Positions 52,081 through 64,000 of a stretch of DNA of 64,000 bases are shown here, piece after piece. This stretch comes from Octopus vulgaris (Eukaryota): NCBI GenBank assembly GCA_951406725.2, contig OX597828.1:43090001-43154000 (forward strand), written 5' to 3'. A program made the position numbers and the translations under genes. The stretch's first letter is position 1. Every line of letters begins with the position of its first letter. Under the pieces are notes generated by a model. That model saw only the letters and a list, made by a program, of their open reading frames with translations, had not been told where the DNA came from and ran no database searches.

Positions 52081-53960
52081 GCGACTGAAGAAGGGATTTT
52101 TCGTTGTGCTTATTGTCCTGTATCTCCCTTTTTTGCTTGTCTTGTTCCTTGGTTTGTGTCTATGTTTTTCGTCTCTCTATGTGTTCGACGTCCTTTTGGT
52201 GTCCTGTACACATATATGCGTGTATATGTACATGTAGAGGTAGGTACGTACATACATGTTTATATTTATGCATATATTTTATTAACATATTATACGACTA
52301 AACGCACGCACCCTATTAAGTAAGATTGTTCTGTTTATCAAGTCCGCCTTGATATTAACTCTCACGCGACTCTGCCTCTTTCTTTCTTTCTTTCTCTCCC
52401 ATTCCCTTTTTCGTCCTTTTTCCCTCACTTAACTTGTCTCTTCCTCTCTCTCTCCCCCTCACTGTTCTTCATGGTCTCCTCGCACCATTCCCCTTCTTCT
52501 CTCTCTTCCTCTTGCTCCTCCTCCCCCATTCCCGTCGTCCATCTGCGACGTACTTCCGTCGTTACTGCTATCCCGTCTTTCCTCACCTGCCTTCTAAGGC
52601 CACTGGTCGACATCTTCCTCTCTCGTCGTCCACTATAATCCAGCGTTTGCAATACTTTTTTCGTCTGGCGTTAACAGCCCTTCTTATCTTGTTCTCCTTG
52701 TCCTGTCTCTCACTGTTATATATTTATTTTTCCACTGTTTATATATATATTTTTTACTGTTTATATGTTTGTACTGTCGTTACCGTCTTGCCTTTTTTTA
52801 CCCCTCCGCGACAAGATCTCAGAATTTTAATTGAGTTGCTTTTCTCGGGAAGGAATTTTTCATTCGAAGTATACGTCTCGCTTTTATCCTTCGAAACGTT
52901 TAGTAGATGAAACTTTAGCGACTGAAGAAGGGGATTTTTCGTTGTGCTTATTGTCCTGTATCTCCCTTTTTTTGCTTGTCTTGTTCCTTGGTTTGTGTCT
53001 ATGTTTTTCGTCTCTCTATGTGTTCGACGTCCTTTTGGTGTCCTGTACACATATATGCGTGTATATGTACATGTAGAGGTAGGTACGTACATACATGTTT
53101 ATATTTATGCATATATTTTATTAACATATTATACGACTAAACGCACGCACCCTATTAAGTAAGATTGTTCTGTTTATCAAGTCCGCCTTGATATTAACTC
53201 TCACGCGACTCTGCCTCTTTCTTTCTTTCTTTCTCTCCCATTCCCTTTTTCGTCCTTTTTCCCTCACTTAACTTGTCTCTTCCTCTCTCTCTCCCCCTCA
53301 CTGTTCTTCATGGTCTCCTCGCACCATTCCCCTTCTTCTCTCTCTTCCTCTTGCTCCTCCTCCCCCATTCCCGTCGTCCATCTGCGACGTACTTCCGTCG
53401 TTACTGCTATCCCGTCTTTCCTCACCTGCCTTCTAAGGCCACTGGTCGACATCTTCCTCTCTCGTCGTCCACTATAATCCAGCGTTTGCAATACTTTTTT
53501 CGTCTGGCGTTAACAGCCCTTCTTATCTTGTTCTCCTTGTCCTGTCTCTCACTGTTATATATTTATTTTTCCACTGTTTATATATATATTTTTTACTGTT
53601 TATATGTTTGTACTGTCGTTACCGTCTTGCCTTTTTTTACCCCTCCGCGACAAGATCTCAGAATTTTAATTGAGTTGCTTTTCTCGGGAAGGAATTTTTC
53701 ATTCGAAGTATACGTCTCGCTTTTATCCTTCGAAACGTTTATAGATGAAACTTTAGCGACTGAAGAAGGGGATTTTTCGTTGTGCTTATTGTCCTGTATC
53801 TCCCTTTTTTTGCTTGTCTTGTTCCTTGGTTTGTGTCTATGTTTTTCGTCTCTCTATGTGTTCGACGTCCTTTTGGTGTCCTGTACACATATATGCGTGT
53901 ATATGTACATGTAGAGGTAGGTACGTACATACATGTTTATATTTATGCATATATTTTATT

Positions 53961-53963
<3 letters not shown>
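52081..53963 (+). repeat. Tandem array, ~838-bp unit x 2.25, in (TA)n
   Basis: Units start GCGACTGAAGAAGGG at 52081, 52918 and 53756 and are almost identical. Confidence 0.95.
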
Positions 53964-54029
<66 letters not shown>

Positions 54030-54677
54030 GAAGGTTTGAAAATGCAATTTTAAAAGATGTTTATTCACTTGACCGGTTTCACTTTTTTTGAAAAAGATTG
54101 TCAAAAGTAACATGTAAAAGCTTGGTTGTGTTAGGTGCTGGTTGTCACAGTCCTTCCCGAAAAGTAAATTCAATTAAATTTGGGATATTTGCGGAGAGTT
54201 AGAGTGGTAACAAAAAACAGGACAGTAAAGAACAAAAAAGTCAAAACAAACGGTGAGGGCTGTTAAACCATAAAGAGGTGAAGTGGTGAATTCTGGAGAA
54301 TTGCAGGTGGGGCCCAGTTAGAATTTTCTTCAGGTCGAGTAGTCCATCCCGCTCAAAAGGTCCCTGAATAAGGCTTGTGTATGGATGATGAACGAATCAC
54401 CCTTGTTTCCAGAGGTGACTTATCCTAACCCCACAGAATTCCTCTCAACACATATCTATGATGCTCCCCCACTACATCTGCTCGTGATCAGGGATGCACA
54501 TATCATCAGTCACTGAGGGACATGCCCAGCTGGTTATGGTCAGACAACTGACAAGCAAATATGTGGTATTGAGCAGAATATTTGATGTAGCCCAGAAAAG
54601 CAATGTACATGATAACATTTCCAATCTGTTAAGATGAGAAACCATGAGAGCCGGCACCTGGTGCTGCATCAGTGTGT

Positions 54678-54759
<82 letters not shown>

Positions 54760-54783
54760 TATTATTATTATTATTATTATTAC

Positions 54784-54828
<45 letters not shown>

Positions 54829-54837
54829 TATTATTAC

Positions 54838-55375
<538 letters not shown>

Positions 55376-55405
55376 TGTTGTTGTTATCATTATTATTATT
55401 ATTAC

Positions 55406-55466
<61 letters not shown>

Positions 55467-55698
55467 GATATTATACGCATGTATAACAAAATTTCATACA
55501 CCTTGTCATCCCATGTAACGGTGTCGTTGTGGTAGAAATGGAAGCACCAGCCTCGGAAGTACACTTGAACTTCGTCTATAAACCAGATTATTATTACAAG
55601 TTGCTTGACATTTCAACATGTTTATCTTATTAAAAGCCTAAACCCAAAGCAATCAATCATAGGTGTTCGTGTATAGCATTTGGTCATTTTGTAATAAC

Positions 55699-55775
<77 letters not shown>

Positions 55776-55792
55776 TAATAATGATGATAATA

Positions 55793-55935
55793 AAACTCAG
55801 TTTAGTACAGCTCCAGAAAAATGTGTTATTAGGGACAGCTAGGATAATTAGGAAAGCTCTTGGCATCTAAGGTTACTTGTAGCCCGATGCTAAGAATTTT
55901 TCTTTTCTAACACCCTAATCTGTTGTGTGTGTACG
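55793..55935 (+). mobile_element. Extreme 3' end of R4/Dong-like element, subfamily C, in (TAA)n
   Basis: LVQLQKNVLLGTARIIRKALGI* plus a short UTR. (TAA)n on both sides. Confidence 0.7.
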
Positions 55936-55959
55936 AATAATAATAATAATAATAATAAT

Positions 55960-56048
<89 letters not shown>

Positions 56049-56074
56049 TAATAATAATAATAACAATAATAATG

Positions 56075-56160
<86 letters not shown>

Positions 56161-56161
<1 letters not shown>

Positions 56162-56300
56162 GGCACTGCACACATCCTACGCAGAACACTTTCCATACAA
56201 TAACCATCAGAGCATCACGACAAATCACAGCACATACACAAGGCACACAGAGCTGCGCTCGGTAGTGAAGTGAAGTTCCGCTATAAAAATAAAACTACTG
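56161..56300 (+). mobile_element. Extreme 3' end of R4/Dong-like subfamily A in (TAA)n
   Basis: GTAHILRRTLSIQ* and UTR ending AAAACTACTG, same 3' junction as 2166. Confidence 0.85.
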
Positions 56301-56341
56301 AATAATAATAATAATAATGATGATGATGATAATAATAATGA

Positions 56342-56554
56342 TAATCCTTTCTATTATTGACACAAGGTCTGAAGTTTTGGGAGGAAAGGACTAATCGATT
56401 ACAACGACCCCAGAATTTCACTGTTACTTAATTTATCCCGAAAGGATGAAAGGTAAAGTCGACCTCGGCGGAATTAGAACTCAGAACGTAGCGTCGGGCG
56501 AAATACCGCTAAGCATTTCGTCCAGCGTGCTAACGATTCTGCCAGCTCGCCGCC
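56342..56554 (-). mobile_element. SINE family C with (ATT)n tail
   Basis: Family consensus. Confidence 0.8.
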
Positions 56555-56563
56555 TTTGATCAT

Positions 56564-56600
<37 letters not shown>

Positions 56601-56610
56601 CATGATCATG

Positions 56611-56650
<40 letters not shown>

Positions 56651-56819
56651 TAATAATAATAATAATAAAGGTAAGTATACAAGATATACACTGAAAAAGA
56701 AGGGACCCATACAGAATTTAGAAAGGTTTATAAAAGTTGGGGTGACAATAAGGATGTAATTCTCCTGATACAGGAGGACCTCTAGGGATAACCGAGGAAC
56801 CCCACTATGTGTAACACCT

Positions 56820-57440
56820 TATGGACAGTAAAGAAATTAGAAACGTTAGCACGCCGGAAGAAATGCTTGGTAGTATTTCGTCTGCCGTCACGTTCTAAGT
56901 TCAAATTCCGCCGAGGTCGACTTGGCCTTTCATCCTTTCGGGGTCGATAAATTAAGTACCAGTTACGCACTGGGGTCGGTATAATCGACTTAATCCGTTT
57001 GTCTGTCCTTGTTTGTCCTCTCTCTGGGGTAGTCAAGAAATAGGTATTTCGTCTGCCGCTACGTTCTGAGTTCAAATTCCACCGAGGTCGACTTTGCCTT
57101 TCATCCTTTAGAGGTCGATAAATTAAGTACCAGTTGCGTACAGGGGTTGATCTAATCGATTGGCCCCCTCCCCACAAATTTCGGCCCTTGTGCCTAAAGT
57201 AGAACAGAATATAGTCAGTATTCTAGGGCGGCGAGCTGGCAGAATAGTTATCACGCCGTGCGAAATACTCAGCGGTATTTCATCTGTGCTACTTTCTGAG
57301 TTCGACTTTCTGAGGACGACTTTGCCTTCCACCCCGTCGAGATCGATAAATTAAGTAGCAGTTGCGTACTGGGGTCGATCTAATCGACTGAGCCCTTCCC
57401 CCAAAAGTTCGGGCCTTGTCCTTAAAGAGTGGAAAAGATT
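56820..57440 (+). mobile_element. SINE family C multimer plus an adjacent diverged copy
   Basis: Monomers at ~56839, ~57042 and 57226. Confidence 0.75.
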
Positions 57441-57486
57441 CTTGCTGTCGTTGTTCTTTGCTACTCCTGTTACTATCGTCGTGTGT

Positions 57487-57868
57487 GGAGGCGCAATGAC
57501 CCAGTGGTTAGGGCAGCGGACTCGCGGTCGTAGGATCGCGGTTTCGATTCCCAGACCGGGCATTGTGAGTGTTTATTGAGCGAAAACACCTAAAGCTCCA
57601 CGAGGCTCCGGTAGGGGATGGTGGTGATCCCTGCTGTACTCTTTCACCACAACTTTTTCTCACTCTTACTTCCTGTTTCTGTTGTACCTGTATTTCAAAG
57701 GGGCCGGCCTTGTCACTCTCTGTGTCACGCTGAATATCCCCGAGAACTACGTTAAGGGTGCAAGTGTCTGTGGAGTGCTCAGCCACTTACACGTTAATTT
57801 CACGAGCAGGCTGTTCCGTTGATTCGGATCAACCGGAACTCTCGTCGTCGTAACCGACGGAGTGCTTG
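57487..57868 (+). mobile_element. SINE family A, full length
   Basis: Family consensus. Confidence 0.85.
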
Positions 57869-58239
57869 TCCCCTCCCCCCACTATCGCCGTCGTTGTTGT
57901 TGTTGTTGCCGTTTCTTTTGTTGTTTAGTGTTGCTTTTGTTGTTTGTGGTGTTGTTTTGTTGGTGGCGTTGTAACCGCTCGTGCGCTTGTTATTCCTGCT
58001 GAAGTTGTTGCTGATCCATTTTCTGCTTTTACTGTTAGTGACGTCACGAAAAGCTTGGCAGTTCCATAACATTGCAAGTGTCAGGAAATTGGTGTTTCGT
58101 TTTCATGGAGTCTGGACTGTCATTATTCCTTTTTTTAATTCAATAACTGATTACTTTAATTACTTAAATATGTCCTTTTAATCCGACGGAATCTGCCATC
58201 TTCCAGCGGCAGCAGCCGCAGCAACAGCAGCAGCAGTGC

Positions 58240-58654
58240 CACCACCACCACCACCACCAACACCACCTCAAAAAAACCACCCCCACTAAAACCACCACCA
58301 CCAACATCACCACAAAAAACCACCCCCACTAAAACCAGCACCACCAACAACATCACCCCCCCCCCCACAAAAACCACCCCACTAAAACCACCACCACCAA
58401 CACCCCCACAAAAAACCACCCCACTAAAACCACCACCACCAACACCACCACAAAAAACCACCCCCACAAAAAACCACTACCACCACCATCACCACCACCA
58501 CCGCCACCACCACCATCACCACCACCACCACCACCACCACCGCCACCAAAACAATGACGACTACGACGGCCACCTCGACCACGACGACGACCACCACCAA
58601 AACTACCACCACTACGAGCACCAGCAGCACCACACTCAAAGAAAAACCACCACC

Positions 58655-58686
<32 letters not shown>

Positions 58687-58768
58687 CAACAAAAACAACA
58701 AAAACAACCACAACAACAAAAACACATAAACAAATTTTTGCTTGCCACCGCCAACATCTCTATCATAC

Positions 58769-58807
<39 letters not shown>

Positions 58808-59215
58808 CTAATGCAACCACCCCACCAACAATACTTGACAATTACCCCAAGCAGCACCACCAAAACTATAACCGGTACCATAACTATTGCTTTCACTATC
58901 AGTCATCAAGTTTTGTATCACCACCACAACTACAGATATTATATCTACTATCGCCAGTAACACTACCACCACCACCACCACCACCACAACCACCACCACA
59001 ACCACCACCACCACCATCACTCACACAAACACCACGACAGCTACTCCCACCATAACTACCGCAACCATCACCACCACCACCACCACCACCACCACCACCA
59101 CCATAATTACAAACATTACCATCACAACTACCACCACAATCACAACCAAAGCCACAACCACCATCACCATCACCACCACTACCACCGCCACAGTTTCCAC
59201 CTGTACCATCACCAG
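58240..59215 (+). repeat. Degenerate (CCA)n tract including a ~43-bp minisatellite at 58270-58470
   Basis: Unit AAAAAACCACCCCCACTAAAACCACCACCACCAACA.CACCAC recurs about 4-5 times. Confidence 0.85.
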
Positions 59216-59687
59216 TGTCCGTCAACACCAAAATGTCGCAAGATATCTTCATAAGCCCTGGTTCTTCGTCGATGCAGAGAGTTTTTTTTTTCTTCTTAGA
59301 TGTACCTTACCTCCCAAATGTTTGTACAGCTCCTTTTTTTGGTTTTTCTTTTCAGTTGGGTCCGTTTTCGCTTTTGCAAAGAAGTCTACTTTTTCGCCAA
59401 TCAACCTCTCACTGCTCTCCATTCACATAAATGGATGGGGTGGTGCCGCTGTTACAAGAGCGAACTTTCTAGTGGTTTTGTGTTAGTTAGTGTTATTGTC
59501 GTGTTTGAAGTTTTTCCTCGCCGGTTGAAGCTTCTAGCCATCATCCAAACACTCTTGGTCATGTGGATGGACAATTTCCTTTTTCGATTCACAAGTTTTA
59601 TTTGGTGTTACTCTAGAACCGTCAACCATAAATCTATTTTTGTTGCCCTTGTTCTTTAATTTTTCTGTGCTGAAAGCTCTTAGATTA

Positions 59688-59913
59688 CTCTTTTACTCTT
59701 TTACTCTTTTACTTGTTTCAGTCATTTGACTGCGGCCATGCTGGAGCACCGCATTTAGTCGAGCAAATCGACCCCGAGACTTATTCTTTGTAAGCCCAGT
59801 ACTTATTCTATCGGGCTCTTTTGCCGAACCGCTAAGTAACGGGGACATAAACACACCAGCATCAGTTGTCAAGCAATGCTAGGGGGACAAACACAGACAC
59901 ACAAACACACACA

Positions 59914-59977
<64 letters not shown>

Positions 59978-60140
59978 CGACAGGCTTCTTTCAGTTTCCG
60001 TCTACCAAATCCACTCACAAGGTATTGGTCGGTCCGGGGCTATAGCAAAAGACACTTGCCCAAGATGCCACGCAGTGGGACTGAACCCGGAACCATGTGG
60101 TTGGTAAACAAGCTACTTACCACACAGCCACTCCTGCGCC
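59688..60140 (-). mobile_element. SINE family B, full length
   Basis: Family consensus. Confidence 0.85.
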
Positions 60141-60401
60141 TATGTTTTTTTTTGCTTCAAAACTAACTGCTGGATTGTCTACCTTGGTTGCTGAGCTTCA
60201 AGGTCTTCCTCTTGACATTCCTTTCCCTGACATAGTCCAAGGATTGCTTTGTAGTCTTGCGAGGACATGAAGACTTGTAAATGCATTGTGATATCCAACC
60301 ACATATAGCTAAATATTGCTTCTGTAATGACCTCATGATCATGCTGTGTCACCATGGTCACATCTTGCCAACGATCGGCATTATTAACAACATCTCTGAT
60401 G

Positions 60402-60686
60402 CTCTTTGCTCTTTTGCTCTTTTACTTGTTTCAGTCATTTGACTGTGGCCATGCTGGAGCACCGCCTTTAGTTGAGCAAATCGACCCCAGGACTTATTCT
60501 TTGTAAGCCTAGTATATATATACGACAGGCTTCTTTCACTTTCCGTCTACCAAATCCACTCACAAGGCTTTGGTTGGCCCGAGGCTATAGTAAAAGACAC
60601 TTGCTGAAGGTGCCACGCAGTGGGACTGAACCCGGAACCATGTGGTTCGTAAGCAAGCTACTTACCACAGTGCCACTCCTACGCCT
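60402..60686 (-). mobile_element. SINE family B, internally deleted
   Basis: Head and tail joined at the internal (TA)n. Confidence 0.8.
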
Positions 60687-61483
60687 ATGATGTTGACTTT
60701 TGTGCTTCTTTTTCCCAAATACTGACGTACAAGCTTTTGGACGGGCATTCAATGTCGTACTTAGGTTTGCACTTTTGCATTACTGTATGTTTAAAAGACC
60801 ACCCATAGAGTGCCATATACCCTCCTTCTCCCAATGTAGGACATTGCTCATAAAATACATTCTGAGGATGTCTTCAACTCTAATTTGTTTCAAACAATAA
60901 GGCCTGCTGTGTGTTTATGCAGTATACATGTACTTGATTGTCAGATGTGAAAATGTATGCAGGCCTTAAGTCTTTCAGCAAAATGTTCCATATTAAGAGT
61001 CTTTTCGTTTGAAAGAATGTTAGCAAAAGACGACCTCTTACTATTTGTGTTTCCGCCTGAAGCGGACGTGTAATAAGCAAATCTGTTCTAATTGTTTTTG
61101 TTGTCAAACGATGTGTATGAGATGTTTTTCATTTGCTGTCAATTTGTTTGTCTGCAATAATATAATGTTTGTTTTTTTTGTTTGGTGATTTTCATGGTTC
61201 GTTGGCTGTAATGTTTGAGGAGGGAGGGTGTTCCGCCGAAAGAAAAAAAAGAAACCGTTATTTTACCTGAGAGTTAGGTGGTAGAATTAAATATAAATAT
61301 TAAAAAATAAACAAAACAAAAAAACCTTCCAAAGAGTTCAGTATATGTCTCTGTATCAAATAAAGCCTAAAACAAGCATTAAAGCATTACAGCTAAATGT
61401 GTAACACATGGAGAAATATCGAAGCAGGATGTTGTAGCGTTTCACAGGTCCGCAGCAACTAACAATAATAATAATAATCATTA

Positions 61484-61591
<108 letters not shown>

Positions 61592-61604
61592 AACAACAAC
61601 AACA

Positions 61605-61635
<31 letters not shown>

Positions 61636-61736
61636 TTACTACTACTACTACTACTACTACTACTGCTGCTGTTGCTGCTGCTCTGCTGCTCCGACTGCTA
61701 CTACTACTACTACTACTAATAGCAACAACAACAACA

Positions 61737-61811
<75 letters not shown>

Positions 61812-62579
61812 TGCAGTCTTCTAGCGCCTACAGAGTACTTCAGTAGGCATGATAGAGCAGCACAATATATTCACTGGGTAATTTGCAAAAACCTGGATTT
61901 GCCCCATGAAAAAAACTGGTGGGAACACAATCCACCTCCTGTGCTTGAAAATGACCACATCTCACTCTTCTGGAACTTCACCATTCAAACTGACAGGAAG
62001 ATAGATGCAAATAGGCCAGACATCATATTGAAAGACTTCAGACAAAGAACATGCCTCCTCATTGATATGACTGTCCCAATCGATATAAACGTATCTGTCA
62101 AGACCTACCAAAAACTGAGCAAATATAAAGATCTTGAAATAGAAATCAGCAAAATGTGGAAGCTGAAGACTAAAACAATACCTGTTGTCATAGGTGCTCT
62201 GGGAATGATAGCGAAAGGGACTGATTGCTACCTAACTCAGATACCAGGAAACCCCAAAATGGCAGAAATTCAAAAGATTGTGCTCATGGGAACTGCTCAT
62301 ATCCTACGCAAAATACTCTCTATGTAATCCCAAGGTTTAAAACAAACTTTTGTTTTTATTTTTTATTTTTATTTATTTTTATTTTTTTATTTGTTTTTTG
62401 TTTATTTTTATTTTTTTATTTGTTTTTTGTTTATTTTTTATTTTTATGTACAACACCAAAAAAAAACAAAAAAAAACCCCAAATATATGGCACAGAACTT
62501 CTAACCTGTTGTCTCTTGAGGTCTCTGGGTGAGACTTGGAGCCAACTTGTACAGACATAAAGCAAAAGTCAAACATAGA
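61812..62579 (+). mobile_element. 5'-truncated R4/Dong-like element, subfamily B, in (TAA)n
   Basis: CSLLAPTEYFSRHDRAAQYIHW (end of CCHC knuckle and RHD motif) ...NRPDIILKD...LLIDMTVP...KLSKYKDL...LMGTAHILRKILSM* (stop 62327). (TAA)n on both sides. Confidence 0.85.
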
Positions 62580-62629
62580 ATAATAATAATAATAATAATA
62601 ATGATAATAATAATAATAGTAATTATTAT

Positions 62630-62832
62630 TATTATTTCTACAATAGGCACAAGGCCTGAAATTTGATGGAAGTAGACTAGTCGACTACACCGACCCAGGT
62701 GCGTAACTAGTACTTATTCATCGGCAGGATGAGAGGCGGAGTCGACCTTGGCGGAATTTGAACTTCGAACGTAAAGACGGACGAAATACCGCTAAACATT
62801 TTGCCCGGCGTACTAACGGTTCTGCCAGCTCA
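62630..62832 (-). mobile_element. SINE family C
   Basis: Family consensus. Confidence 0.8.
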
Positions 62833-62888
62833 CAGTCTTAAAGACAATAATGATAATTACAATAACAATAATAATAATAATAATGATG

Positions 62889-62933
<45 letters not shown>

Positions 62934-63208
62934 TATAATTATTATAATAAGATATATTATAATACTATATGATTATTATAATAAGATATAATTAAAGAGG
63001 TATCGGAGACGTTCCCTCAATAGATGAGAATATGGAGCTATAATTCTAATTTCATATAGAGAGTAAGACTCCGATACCTCCTTGCTTATATCTTCAGTAT
63101 CCGACATGGATCCCATCTCTTTCGCACACGGATACCATTATAATTCTCTTAGATTCAAATTTTTCTGCTATGTTCCTTTTTAATTTCCTTATATTATAGT
63201 TTCTTTTC

Positions 63209-63306
63209 TTCCTGCACTGAGGAGTCTGTTGATATTTATTTAATTTCATTCAATCATGGATTTATATCATTATTATATCTCTGTACGAAACGATCGTCTG
63301 CAAGAA
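63209..63306 (+). ncRNA. Type I hammerhead ribozyme with canonical core
   Basis: TTCCTGCA-CTGAGGA-GT...AC-GAAA-CGATCG-TC-TGCAAGAA: stem I 7/8 paired, CUGANGA and GAAA cores, palindromic stem III ACGATCGT, GUC cleavage triplet. Confidence 0.75.
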
Positions 63307-63403
63307 TTAAACTTCATATAAATTTTAACAAATTGTTTCCTCCATTTTTAACAAAATTGATGGGTTTTATGAAGCTTCATTTCATAAATTCCTCATACAT
63401 AAT

Positions 63404-63462
<59 letters not shown>

Positions 63463-63577
63463 CAAAAAGAAAGACGCGTAAATGTGAATATATATATATA
63501 TATATATAAAATACACATGTCTATGCATCTATGCACATATATAAATATATATACATATGTATGTATATATGTATATA

Positions 63578-63735
<158 letters not shown>

Positions 63736-64000
63736 CACACGACTTTACATATTCTTCAGCATTTCCAACATCAGCCTGCAGAGGAAAACCAGCAGAAAAA
63801 GAAAGAAAAAACAGGAAATAGTTAAAAAAATGAAAACACAGAATTAACTGGAAAAAAAAAAAAAACCAACCGCAGAAGAGCCGAAAAGATAAATACTAAC
63901 AAATGTGTTTTCACACCAACAAGAGTTATCAGGAAGAAAGACAATCATACAATTTGTTTTATTCTATCCTATTTTATTTTTTATTTTCAGTCGACACCAA

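Noticed and set aside
52081-53963. LTR retrotransposon or CRISPR-like reading of the tandem array
   Set aside because: No TG...CA termini, primer-binding site or unique spacers. The units are identical throughout.
59400-61100. Possible very old RTE fragments on the minus strand between SINEs
   Set aside because: Only faint RGRP-like traces, too decayed to support.

Overview
AT-rich, microsatellite-saturated eukaryotic DNA with no host protein-coding exon that I can support. The repeat families point to a coleoid cephalopod, probably an octopus (inference from the repeat style only). The only long intact reading frames belong to a CR1-clade LINE on the minus strand (about 40.8-45.0 kb: ORF1 plus an APE-endonuclease/reverse-transcriptase ORF2). 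The rest is three abundant tRNA-derived SINE families, mariner/Tc1, hAT and Helitron non-autonomous elements, RTE and Penelope relics, and 5'-truncated copies of what look like microsatellite-targeted retroelements. The most interesting signals are four. (1) Apparent partitioning of microsatellite niches: a Tx1-like element in (TCTA)n, several R4/Dong-like RLE elements in (TAA)n, and Penelope-type hammerhead or fold-back fragments in (TA)n. (2) One canonical and several core-variant hammerhead ribozymes, plus an 838-bp tandem array with a permuted hammerhead-like core. (3) A CR1 ORF2 with no usable AUG but two in-frame -1 slippery heptamers. (4) Several near-perfect long hairpins. Nearly all short ORFs in the supplied track are microsatellite artefacts. 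Family names are from motif recognition, not database searches, and boundaries are approximate to a few bases.
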